Part shown: piece by piece, positions 1 to 11,865 of the stretch
How positions within the stretch are numbered: the first letter of the stretch is position 1
Layout: each line of letters begins with the position of its first letter
NCBI GenBank assembly: GCA_040954595.2
Contig: CM082584.2
Coordinates: forward strand, 6,777,919-6,841,918
Direction: 5' to 3'
DNA: 64,000 nucleotides
Source of the DNA: Balanoglossus misakiensis
Lineage: Eukaryota > Animalia > Hemichordata
The notes under the pieces: generated by a model
Database searches by the model: none
The model's input: the letters and a program-made list of their open reading frames with translations, nothing else
Told to the model about the DNA's origin: nothing
Program-made: the position numbers and the translations under genes

Positions 1-2006
1 GACCAAGGTGTCGTTCATCTGGCCCAACAAACAGATAGATCCATAGCCTGGAGCAGTCAGGTTGACCTGGAGGCTGTCGTTTCTAAGAGTGTGGTTGTAG
101 CTAATGTTGACAATTGGTCCAGTGACGTTGATCAACAGGGTCTGGTTGGCAAGGGTCAGGTTAAGGGTCTGGAGGGTGCTGTTGACAGTGACATTGGCAA
201 CTGGAGTTGTCATGTTGATGAACAGAGTGTGGTTGAAGAGGGTGGTGTTTGGCAGCAGAGAGCTGTTGCTGCTAATTCTCAAGTCATGGTCGACACTCAC
301 ATTCAAGATCCTGCTTGTCACATTGGCCTGGAGGGTGTGGTTCAGGACAGTGCTGTTTGGTTCCAGACTGCAGTTGGAGCTGATGTAAAGGGTGTGGTTT
401 ACACTAGCATTGGCGATTGGAGTGCTGATGTTACCCAGTAAGTAGTGCCTCAGGACAGTGCTGTTGGGCTCCATGCTTGAGTTGCTACTGATGTACAGGG
501 TGTGGTTCAGGCTTCCATTAACCAGGAGACTGGTCAGATTACCAACAAGTGTGTGGTTCAACACGGTGCTGTTTGGTTCCAGAGAGCAGTTACTACTGAA
601 GTACAGCGTGTGGTTGAGTGTAAGGTTGGCCAAGAAGCTGGTAAGGTTCGCACTCAGTGTGTGGTTCATGACTGTGCTGTTTGGCTCGAGGCTGCAGTTG
701 GAACTCAAGTACAGTGTGTGATTCATGGTCAGGTTTGCCAAGATGCTGGTCAGGTTGGCACTCAGAGTGTGGTTCAGAACGGTGCTGTTCGGCTCCAAGC
801 TGCTGTTGGTGCTGATGTGCAGGGTGTGATTCAGGGTCAAGTTGGCCAAAATGCTGGTCAGGTTGGTCGACAGCGTATGGTTGAGAACAGTGCTGTTTGG
901 TTCACTTGAGCAGTTGCTGCTGATGTAAAGCGTGTGGTTGAGCGTCAGGTTTCCGATGATGCTGGTGACGTTCGTTGACAGCGTGTGGTTCAGAACAGTG
1001 CTGTTTGGCTCCAGGCTGCTGTTGCTGCTGATGTACAAGGTGTTGTTCAGGGTCATGTTGGCGATTGGGCCAGTCATGTTGATGAACAGGGTGCTGTTAA
1101 CCATAGTGGAGTTTGGCTCCAAGGTGCTGTTGCGGGCGATGACCAGAGTACCATTGACGGTCAGGTTGGCTGGCTTGCTAGTCATGTTGACGAACAAGGT
1201 GTGGTTCATCAGGGTGGAGTTCAGCTGCAGGGTGTGGTTGACAGTGATGTTGGCAATGTATGGGCTGGTGAAGTTGATGAATGTGGTGGCATTCATGCTG
1301 GAGTTGACAAGCATCATGAGGACTTCTCTGACTGGTTGAATGGCGGCCATGGTGCTGTTCACAGTGACATTGACCATTCTCTCAACAGATTCTCTGAGGT
1401 CGTCTGTCTTGATCTCGCTGATTTTCTCGTTGAGCATTTCCAAGTCGTAGATTGTTGGCAACCTAAGTTTGTTCAGGTCTGGTACGGTGAGGTTCTTCAG
1501 ATATTCAGGAGTGATCATTCTGATGAGGTCCTTCACTTCTTTTGGAGTGAGTTCATCAATCATCTTGGGCACTTCTCTGTACATCTCAGCCAATGGCTCA
1601 CGCAGGGCTCTCAGCTCGGGCACGTTCATCTTGATGATGGGCTTCAGGAGCTTCTCGTTCAAGAAGGTGACGTTAAGTGGGTTGGTGTACAGGTATCTCT
1701 GGAGGTGCTTCATGTAGATGTCCACATTCTTGGTGATGCAGCTGCTGTTCAGGTTGGTGAGGTTCATGAGACTGGTGAGGTTGGTCAGCCTGGTCAGGTT
1801 CATGGCTCTGGCGAAATCGAGGGTGCGGTTCAAGGTGCGGTTGACCATTCTCATGTACTCTCCAACGGTGGCGTTGAGGACATTGTAAGCAGTCATGTTG
1901 ACCAATGGACCACCCTTGACAATTTCTTGGGTAGCGTTGAGGATGAACAATGGATGGCTGGCGTTCAGGGACAGGCTGATGTTCTCACGTCTTACAGTGA
2001 TGTTAG
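1..2006 (-). CDS. Large exon 12 of the apoB-like gene (absent from the ORF track because it has no stop codon inside the window)
   Basis: Acceptor ttttgcAG at 2008-2007; phase 1 matches the donor at 2134. Reading SNITVRRENISLSLNASHPLF...GQMNDTLV appears open to position 1, with strong C/G-ending codon bias like the other exons. Confidence 0.88.
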
Positions 2007-5000
2007 CTGCAAAAGAAATTGGTAAAAGGGTAAGGTAAAGGGCAACATTACAATTTGCAGAAGTGTTCAGAATCGTTATGGAGTCAAACGTCCACATAAA
2101 CCGTAGTTACACCAGGAACACGTCAGGTACTTACATTGAATGGTGTGGTTCAGCAATTGCAGAGTCTTGTTCAATGGAATAGACCAATTGAAGAATGGCA
2201 GAGAGATGTTTCCAATAATGCTTGGGAGGGTGATGTTGAGTCTCTGCAGTGGCTTGGTTGCGTTCTCTGGGAGCATCTCCAGAATTCTCTCAACAAGCGG
2301 AAGGCTGAAGTTCTGGATTGGCAGGGTGTAGTTGGTGCTTCCTGTGCTGTTGAAGAGGTAGACTAAGCCAGACTCCGAGCTGTTGTACACGGTGTGGTTC
2401 ATCGACATGTTGTACAGTGGACCAGTCATGTTGAATGCCATGCTGACGTTGTAAGAGGAGTGGGTGTAGTTGATCTTGGAGGTGAAGTTGCTTCTCAGAG
2501 CACTGACATTGTAAGACACAATGAGACCCTGGGTGTTGTTCAACACGGATGCATTGACACTGATGTTAGACTGTAAGAAAAAAATGCATATACATTAGAA
2601 AAAAACATTTGTAGAAGAGAAATGCACGATATTCTGTTTCAGTTCTTCCGATGATCCCCAGACAATAAGTATCATTTCTTAAGTTTATGTATATGTAAAC
2701 AATTGAGTTTGTCAATTGTTATATTTTCATTATATTTTGACATTTGAAAATCTGCACATGGAAAAAATACTCACATTGACAAGTGGCAGAGTGATGTTGA
2801 TGTTGGTCCAATAGCTGACATTTGCGTTGTTGATTCTGCTGTCATTGACAAGTTTGCCAACAATGGTCAGGTTTTGAATGTCGGTGTTATTCCATGGGTT
2901 CATCACACTGACGTTGAAGCTGGTGGTGATAACTTCAGCGTAGGGCTTGATGCTTGGGACAGTGTCGTTTCTGACGGAGAATGCCATGCTGGCGTTGTAC
3001 CACTTGGGAATGATTTCATAGGCTTCATCACCATAGGTGTCTGTTCGGGAGAAGCCAAGAATTGACAGTGTATTATTAAACATTCCATTTTAATAACTTA
3101 AATTAAAATTACTCATTCATGTTCTGAAATTACAGTCATTTTAAAACATTAGCACGTCGTTTTAAGTGTAAAAAATGTGTCTAGGAAAATTACAAATAAG
3201 ACCAAACAAAAAGTACTTACCAAGGTATTTTTGACGAAGTTTTCCTTCATAGCGGAGGGCTTCCTTTGAGAGGGTCTTGTTCTGACTGTAGATGGTGAAA
3301 TTCATAGTAGTATTGTATTCCGTGGAGGTGTTGATGGCTTGGTTCAGCAAAGCGATGTGCCAGTCAGTGAAGGACATATTCCACACTCTCTCGATCTTCT
3401 CGATTTGAGGTGTAGACGTGTTTCTGTTCTCGAGGGAGATGTTCACGGAGCGCACCTCGCCGCTGTTGACCCAGGTGGCGTTCAGAACCTTGGTGGAGTT
3501 CTGTGTGTTGTTGGAGCGCAGAAGCACCAGTGAGATGTTCTGGCGGCCGAAAGTGAAGTTGAGCTTGCTCTCGAGGAGGGTCTCGTTCCACAGGGTCTTG
3601 TTGTTGTGCTCGAACAGCATCTGGAATGTGCTGTAGTTTTCGGGCTTGATGGTATATTCCGGCCTCAGCTGGTCCAGGATTGAAGTCTGGTTGTCCCAGT
3701 AGTAGGTGGCGTTGAAGCTGGAGCTCCAGTTTCCAGTCTTGTTGACGAGATCGCTCTCAATGGAAAAGAAGAGGTCGTTGAGAGAGATGTTCCAGGCATA
3801 GGAGTAGTTGTTGACTGGGATGATGATCTGTCTGCCGTCCTCGACGCGGGTGATGTTGACGGTCTCGTTGCGAATGCGCAGCACGTTGCTGAAGTTCTTG
3901 CTTCCATAGGTAGCGTTGAAGCTTGCAACAAACTGTGTCAGATTCTTCAGAGGCTCTGAGAAGTTCTGCACGCCAGCAGCGATGGAGATGTTCTTCAGCT
4001 CTGGGATGGTGAAGTTCCAGACAAGCTCAGTCTTGTTGCGGTTCAAACTCAGCTGAGAGGAAATGTTGCGAGTCAAGTTTTGGCCTGAAAAATACAATGA
4101 TCATAAAATGTTAAATATCATATGATATGCGAAAATACAGTACAAAATCAACTAATAATCTGCCATAAAATCATAAATACAAACGCGTCTGGTGTAACAA
4201 TTTCTATTGAAACTTACCAGGTGCTGTGAAGTTGACAACCAGAAGGTCGATGATCTCGACAGCCCCCTGCTGTCTGCGGGCTCCGAAGTATTTACGTGCT
4301 GGTTTTTCTTGCTCGTTGACTGGTCTCCTGATTTTGTCGTATTTCATGAGCATTGTGTAGGTGGTCAGGTTGGCGTCAGTTGGCAGAACGGTCAAGTTGA
4401 AGCTCATTGGACCACTGATTGGGAAGCGTGGGGCGAAGATGTCGTAGCTGGCGTTGCTGTAGGCAAGGCTGGTGCAGACATCGAGACCGAGCAGGGCAGT
4501 TGTGTTGAGGAGGCTGCTGGTGCAGTTGGTCCACTCGGTGCGGTTCTCCTGTCTGCCTGGCAGACGTTCGACCTTGTCGCCGCGGACGAGGAACTGCTCG
4601 GAGGAGATGTTGATCAGGTTGACTGGCTTCATGGTCTTGTTGATGTTGAATCTCAGCTCGGTTCCCTTCAGGGTGACGTTTCCGGACAGCTCAGAGGAGT
4701 GGTACATGGTGGTGTTGAGCTGGACGCCGGTCTCGCCGTACAGGGGGATGTTGACACCGAAGCGGCCGACGAATTCGACGGCACCGCTTGGGGCAATCAG
4801 ACCAGAGGCGACGATGTCCTGCTGCATGTACTTGCGCACGTCAAACTTGCCGGCAACTCTCAGGGAGACGACGGTGGTGCCGTTGACCGAGACGTTGAGT
4901 GGAAGACCCATACCGGTTGGGATGATGTGGTTGGCCTCCAGGAAGATGTAGCTGCGGGTGACGTTGTAGTCGATACCCTCGGCCAACTTCTTCATGATGA

Positions 5001-8000
5001 CAGACAAGGATGGGAGGTCGCTCAGGCTGATGTTGGGGATGAGGCGCTTGACGTCATCGAGGTTTCCGAAGCCGAGCTCATTGCCGAGGACCTTGATGTA
5101 GGCAGAAGCTGCTGGTGGGAGCTGCTTGTGTGAGACATCGTTGTGGAGATCTTCCAAAGCCTCGTGGATCTGGTTGGCAAGGAATCGTTCGTCTTCCTTG
5201 TTCTGCTTGATTTTGTCGTCGAACTTCTTGTAGGCGTTCTTCTCCTTCTTGATCTCATTCTCCTTCTTCTTCAGAACGTCATATGGGTTGTTGCCAGTCA
5301 GGTTCTTGAAGAGGCTGATGAGGTTCATGTCGGGGAAGTATCCCTGGGGTCCAAAGAGACCTTCAAGCATTGGTTCAATGCCTTGCATGTCAATGCCAGC
5401 CTGATGAAGAAAACGAAAAAAATGGCAATGTTAACAACTGATAGTATAGAATAATCGAAAAAGTAAAGTCATATCGTTTTCAGTGGCTTTCGGTATTTAA
5501 TTTCTCTTCGCATAGCATGGTGAACAATGGGACAATATACCCCTCCCAAGTATTCATTTTATTACCAATTAATAAAGCAATGCTTACCTCCATAACATTC
5601 AGGGATTGGTTCAAAATGTTAAGTGTGGTGTTGAAGACAAAGGATCTTGGGAGGATACCATCTGGGCTGTAGATGACGTTGCTCTGGACCTGAGCAGCAA
5701 CGGTCTGGTTGGTGAATGGGATAGTCAAAGCCTTGGACCACTCCATGTGGCGGGACAGTTTCTTGATGTCTTGCTCAACGTCTGGAAGAGGTTCGTTGTC
5801 AACGATTCTCCTCAGCTGGTCCTTCAAGCTGAAGTGTACAATTAAAATTAAATTACATGAGATGTTTGTCAGACAGAATGAAGTAACGTACCAAACAATA
5901 TTATGACATGTAACTCAGCAACAGCACGGTTTCCCCCATCATTTGATTGATCATGAAAATTTAAACTTATTTGCTTCCACAGTAAGTCAGCTGACAACTG
6001 CAATGAATACTTCAGCTTCTTTGCATTATAGATCCACGGGTAATTAAATCGACGAACTGGATGTGGATAAAATGATTACTCGGCAGTTTTTTTTTCATTT
6101 GTCAGCTTTATTGACGATCTCATACTTAAGGAACTAGCACTGTGAATCTTGTTTTAATACTCAGTGTTTTCATAACGCAAGGGATATCCAAAAGCCGGCA
6201 ATTATTGGCCAAAGACATGACAACACTCGAATTCTCCTGACAGCATATTCTAAATGTTGACTCACCTCTTCAGGGTTGGTTCCTCGGAGTTGAGAACGCT
6301 TGAGATGTGAGAGGACATGAAGGAACGGACCTGCAAGACTGGCTCGCGTCTAAGCTGGTCGACGACGGCGCGGAGGTTGACCTGGGATGGGTTCTTCATC
6401 AAGAGCAGATAGGAGACCAGTCTCTGCTCCACATCCTTGCTGCCGTCCTTGAGGACGTTCATGAGCTCCTCGCGAAGCTCCTCGGTGCTCTCCATGCGGC
6501 GGAGGGCCTGGATGGCGGCCAGGGAGGCGTTGCGTGGGATGATGGGGTTCTCGGCGCAGCGCAGGAGAGTGGGGACGATTCTGCTGCTGCGGAGCCACTT
6601 GGACTCGTCGAAGATCTGGACTGGTTTGCCCATGTTGCCGATGGTCTTCAGGGCCAGGAGCACCTGGCGGTTGATTTCAGCCTTCTGTTCAACGTTGATT
6701 TCGTTGCTCAGTGGGGAGCAGTCCTCACCAATGATCTCCTGTACAAGCTCAATGCTGCGGCGCACTGGCTCTGGAAGCTAAACACACACGAACATACCAA
6801 TTAACGCCATGTATGCATTCATTAATTGGTGTGAACCAGTGGTCAATTTCGCATCATTGTTTCGTTGTAATATGAAGAGTTTCAGTCAACTTTTTACAAA
6901 GCAAAAGTAGTTTGTGTTCCACAGGGCGCACATAAAATTTTAACACAGCAATTGTTAAAAAATGTCAAATAATATTTTGCTTAAAATCGCAAGAAAATAC
7001 TTAAAATTATTACACAGCAATTGTCAAAAATGTCAAATAATATTTTGCTTTAAATCGCAAGAAAATACTTTGTACAGCCTCTAGTTTTTGATTTACACTT
7101 ACCTTCCTGGACTCATCAATGGTCTTGTTGTTCTGGTAGTAGGTGTTCACCAAGGTGCCGAGGGTCAGCAGGGATGGGCGGCTGCGCAGATTTGAGGCAA
7201 TGCGGAGGGTCTCGTTGATCATCTGCAGGGACGGCCTGGGCTCGAAAGCCAGGGCGTACAGGATGACGTCGGCGCGGGAGCCGTTGATGGTGCTGTTGAT
7301 GAGGGCGGTGGTGATGACGGAGATGCAGGGCCAGGTGCCGCACTGTGGCAGGGCGTCGCTGATGTAGGCGCGGGAGAGCTCCTCCTCGCGTCTGCTGGAG
7401 CAGTTGCCGGCCTTGCTGCAGTTCCAGGCCAGAGGCAGCAGGTTGTGCAGGGTCTCGTTGTCCAGGGAGCGCAGGGAGGCCACCAGCTTGTTGAAGAGGC
7501 GCGGGGCTTCCATGGTGGTCTCGTTGACGGTCTTGTTCACGAGCTCGAAGAGAACTTGGAGGGTGGCGTTCAGAGTCTTGTTGACTGGTTCTGGTTCAAC
7601 CTCAAATTCATAAGTGACATTGGTGATTCTGCGGTAAGCTAAAAAAAATAAGAACCACAAAAATCGTTCATTATCTTTCGCAAAAGACCACAATAATTAT
7701 TCTTATTTAAGATAATAGATTGTTGCGGGCAATGTTTGGCCTACTTGGGGAGAAAGTCGTATGCGTTCTGTTATATTGGTACAAATATGGACTTCAATTC
7801 AGTTTGTCGTAACAATGACCATCACACCTACGGAAATGAGTTTTAAGCATGTGAATAAACGCGACTTGGGTTCGGATGACGACTACATGCATGCAATAAA
7901 AAAAACTTGCGAGGCGCACGATACCGATTATCTGAATTACTCACAATCATCTCTGCCCTTGGCAATGTTGAGCTTCTCTGGCAGTTTGTCTCTGCTCAAA

Positions 8001-11000
8001 ATCTGGGTGATGTTGGCCTGGACACCGGAGCTGTTGTAGGACAGAGGCAGGAAGATGTGCGACTCTCTGCATTCCACCTGCTTGACGTAACCATGGGAGC
8101 TCATGGTGTAGGTGCAGTTCTGCGTGGAGTTCATCATCTGCTCAACCATTGTCTGTAACCATGGAAATACAAAACACACTGTCAGCGCATGAAATCAACA
8201 TTGGCAAGCAGAAGTTGTAAGAAAAATCTAAATATTTGCCGAAAATAGATTATCTTCCTATTAAGATGGTAATAGGATTCGATAATAATGGTATTATGTG
8301 GCTAGGTTTTAAATTTATCATCTTTTCATAATTTCTCTTTTGTCTTTCAAAAATTTTCGCGGTTAATCAAGCTCATTCTATTTACAGTTGCAATGATTAT
8401 TATATTCATGCTGATTTAAAACGCACTATATTTTTTTCGTTGAAAAAAGTAGCGTTCGCAATAACCACTTTGGCGCTTGCACACTCAGTACTGATGCCAA
8501 GTAACTGGTAACTACTAGTAACTCAGAACTTGACGAAAGGAATTACGTACAACTCGCGAAAGTGAGTACTCACGATGTTTCTGATGAGAGAAAGTGGCGA
8601 TTCCCTGCTGTGTGTCTTGTTTGGTCTGGAGCAGTTCGTCAGATCCTTGTTCAGCTGAACGGAGCGGATCGAGTTGGAACGGACCTTAAGAATCTTGGTC
8701 TCGGCAGTGCAGTTTCCGAACACGTCGTTGGTGCTCTGGAGTCGTTCGCTCGTCAGCTCGTCGTCGATTGGCAGCTGCAGGGCGGAGGCCACTCCTCTCT
8801 TGGCGTTGAGGATGTGGATTGGCTCCTCCTGGTGCGCCAGGACGCGGGTGATCTTGCCGCGGTTCTCCTCGACCTTGAGGCTGTTGCGCGCCATCTCCCG
8901 GGAGAACTGGTCGCTGCTAGGCACCTCTCTGTACGAGTCAGGGTTCGAGCTGTCTGGGTTCTGTTCCTGCAGCTTGCACTTGGGTGTGCTGATGTACAGC
9001 TCGCAGCGCTTGGGAACTTCAACCTCGACATCGCAAGCGATCCTCATGCCTGTCCTCCTCTCGGAGGCACCGACAATGCCCGACTTAGTCTCAGCTTCAT
9101 ACTTGTAAAAATAGCGTTGTCCTTCCTGAAAACGAGACAGTCCTGCGAGAAAAGAGTGAAAATGTGATGAATATTAAATTTCTTTGGATTTTGCATGGTA
9201 GTTGTATATAATTTACGAGAACGGAGAACTTCTAATTCATAGCGCATCACTACCACACACATTTTGCCTTCTAATGTCAGAACGGCTCGAAAAACTTGCG
9301 AACACTCCATAAATAAACTTTCTGGCCTTATTTTCCGCCACATCGAAGAAAAAAAAGAGATTTTTACATTGAAGAAAAATTTTGATTTAAAATTCGATAA
9401 TGCACGCAGAAAATGTTTTAAGCGCTCGATGGGTGGTAAATGCTATATTGCGCCGACGGAGCGCAGGTTTAACAAAAACAAAAGGTACAAAGAAAACCAA
9501 CAACTCTATCATCGAGGGCGCTATAGCTCTGCCGCTACCCCCACCCCCTCCAACCTACATGTCGTACGTAATCGGTAACCCCCATCCACGCAAAAGGCGA
9601 TATAATCAAAATTAGTTAATAAGGCATTAATATGTGCACGAATCTAAAAATGAACTCTCGATTTCTGACAGGTAGACGAAAGAGCCAACTCGCACAGAAT
9701 GTTAGTTTTACTGAATAGCCAGGAAAAAAAGTTTTACGGAAAAGTACCCGGACGATCTTATCACGGACTCCCGATATCGATACAGGTGGACTTTGAGAAT
9801 CGCGTCAGTTACCCGTTGCATGACACGGCCTACTTTTTTGCGGTTATCGGAACGCGTACCTTTGTCCAGAAGGCGAGCGTATTAAGATCGGATAATTAGA
9901 GGAAGATCATACGATATTTTGAACTTTGCACTCTGATCTACGATTAGGAAAAATCAGTCATCAGCTCCAAAAATAGGACTAGCGTTAATACTATTTACTG
10001 GCATATGTAAGGTTCTTATTAAACTTCTTTGGATCTGAAAACAAATAAAGTTTCTTATGCAAATCAAACAGATGATGGTCGGTGAGGATCATGTTCCAGG
10101 TTCGCGATCGTTAAACGGTGGCCATGGCAACAGCAGTAAAAGGGTTGGAATCATCAAGGGTCCGTTGTTTGCCAGCCTCAAACGGAGCGGGGGAAATTTG
10201 CATAAGTCGAACATGACATCACCGTCTTGGCTCATTTGCATGTTAGTATTGTTACTTGTTTACGCGTTGAAGTTCTGCGGGGGGGGGGGGGGGCGGACCA
10301 CGTGGGATATTCCATCGCCTGACAAAGCGTTTCGCATCCCCGTAAATCATCAACGGGGCCTTATCGCTGAGCAGCGAGTCGAGAGTTTGAGCAAACACTT
10401 GCTGACCGCAAAACACAAGAAATCATAAATAAGGACATCAATCACAGAATATGAAGTCAGCGGCACAGTTTTTCACGTACAGGTTTAGCGGCTATTTCTT
10501 GTCGCGTGAACCGATGAAAAGTTAACTATCTGCGGGCAAAGCGTAAATTATGAGAAATTCTTTCGAGCAAATCTCAACTGAAATAATTAAGCGGATTTTT
10601 TTCACCGCAACTTGACTGAAGTTCGACCTGACGGGTGAACCCTGTTTCAACGGTCACGGAACTGCGAATAAAATATCCTCGAATGAGAAATTTTTATAAA
10701 AATGTATAATCATAGATCGCCTTTCATGTACTTTGACACTGAGCCAATCTCCACTGAAAATCATTGTTTCTTGAGCGAACGCGGGTGGAAAAAGCAACGC
10801 GTCACTCATTGGCCGAGAGGATGCGGAACTGCCGTCATCCTCAACTCGATTCAATGCAAATGAGGGGGACTTTACTTCCCATTGAATGCAAATGAGACCG
10901 AAGGAAGGTTGTTTACTACAAAGTTCCGAAAAACAAAATACTTCATTGTCCCGAAGCTCAGGAATTGCGGCATCATGCTAGCATCTGAAGGCTACGGTGA

Positions 11001-11630
11001 AGTGAGGCGGACAAAGTTAGGCCGTTGATGCACGCATTTGAGTGGGAGAACGATTGAATAGGGCTATGAATGAAAAATGAACGTGAAGTCAGTACTCACT
11101 ATCGCACTCGAGTTCATCTCCGGGCTTGCGCACTGTAAGAAAGATAGAAAGAGGGAGAAATGAGTTACATACATATAAGCGCTTGCAGGTTGTTGACAGC
11201 TCGATGCCGAAACGATACGGTACAGAAGCAGCTATTCCCGAACAGCTGAGCTGTCAGATGTTCTGCAGGCCAGCGGTGCTGTGTACCGGTGCGCTGTGCA
11301 CGTACTTGGGTTTCAGTGCGCACGAACAAAAGAGCATCGCAGGAGTTCCCTTTTCTCTGCGCTCGCAACGGACTGACTCAATAAATTTCAAACAGCGACG
11401 TCGTTGTTGCGGATCGGTTGAGACAAAGCAAAACAGTAAAGTGCACGTAGTGATGGAAAAGCGATGAAGAAATCCTCGGTTGTGAGAGAAAAATCAAATT
11501 AAATCAAAGTCGATGCACTGTCCTGTCGAAAAGCTTGAACGATTCAAAGCGCAAAAGAAAAACCTGCGGATTACTCACATGGGCCTGCGAAGACCGCACT
11601 GACAGCCGCAAGAAGTAATAACAGCTTCAT
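1..11630 (-). CDS. Apolipoprotein B / apolipophorin-like large lipid transfer protein (vitellogenin_N/LLT domain); 5' part only, runs off the window start
   Basis: Phase-consistent GT-AG exons: 11630-11579 (signal peptide MKLLLLLAAVSAVFAGP), 11132-11100, 9142-8574, 8152-7945, 7638-7103, 6777-6266, 5828-5588, 5400-4218, 4084-3221, 3040-2775, 2570-2135, 2006-<1; total 6906 nt = 2302 codons. The N-terminus RFQEGQRYFYKYEAETKSGIVGASERRTGMRIACDVEVEVPKRC...EPIHILNAKRGVASALQLP...DVFGNC parallels the apoB N-terminus as I recall it (RKYTYNYEAESSSG...RINCKVELEVPQLC...EPTYILNIKRGIISAL...TVYGNC). Further LLTP hallmarks: LKTIGNMG, AAIQALRR, SNVIYSPDGILPRS, GIEPMLEGLFGPQGYFPD, SAYIKVLGNELGF, IPTGMGLPL. Confidence 0.9.
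160..1140 (-). repeat. Coding tandem repeat, 108-bp (36-aa) unit, about 9 copies
   Basis: The anchor motif gctgtttgg (or variant) recurs at 244, 352, 460, 568, 676, 784, 892, 1000, 1108, an exact 108-bp period. Unit consensus EPNSTVLNHTLSANLTSILANLTLNHTLYISSNCSL. Confidence 0.92.
6933..7070. repeat. Intronic tandem duplication, ~69-bp unit x2
   Basis: acacagcaattgt(t/c)aaaaaatgtcaaataatattttgctt(a/t)aaatcgcaagaaaatactt starts at 6943 and again at 7012. Confidence 0.9.
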
Positions 11631-11647
11631 GATGAACTTCTTTGCTC

Positions 11648-11865
11648 GTCTGATCAGCTGTGATGCCTCTCCACTCTTTTATAGCGCACCCCTCCTCCCC
11701 CGAGCAGCCCTGCCGCGCATGCGTCTCCCCCCTCAACACAATTACCGATCAAAAGTCAACCTGTCCCGTGTGATTGATTTTGATAGGGATGCTTTAAACA
11801 AAGGAAACCGTGGATCGGTCCCTGTTGCGCAAAGGCATATCACGCGCAGGCTCGTCGCTGATTGG
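11648..11865 (-). promoter_or_regulatory. Core and proximal promoter of the apoB-like gene (TATA box, Inr-like, C/EBP palindrome, CCAAT box)
   Basis: TATAAAA on the minus strand at 11683-11677; Inr-like TCAGAC about 30 nt downstream (~11653-11648) and ~20 nt before the ATG; TTGCGCAA at 11825-11832; CCAAT (minus) at 11865-11861. Confidence 0.7.

Noticed and set aside
160-1140. Regularly spaced repeats superficially like a CRISPR array
   Set aside because: Whole 108-bp units are homologous with no unique spacers, they are in-frame coding sequence, the context is eukaryotic and there are no cas genes.
91-9167. Many long plus-strand ORFs (e.g. 985..2025, 4207..5133, 6307..6804, 8562..9167)
   Set aside because: Antisense shadows of the apoB-like exons. 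The strong codon bias avoids TTA/CTA/TCA, so the opposite strand lacks stops; the ORFs end near exon edges and have Val/Gly/Asp-rich mirror composition.
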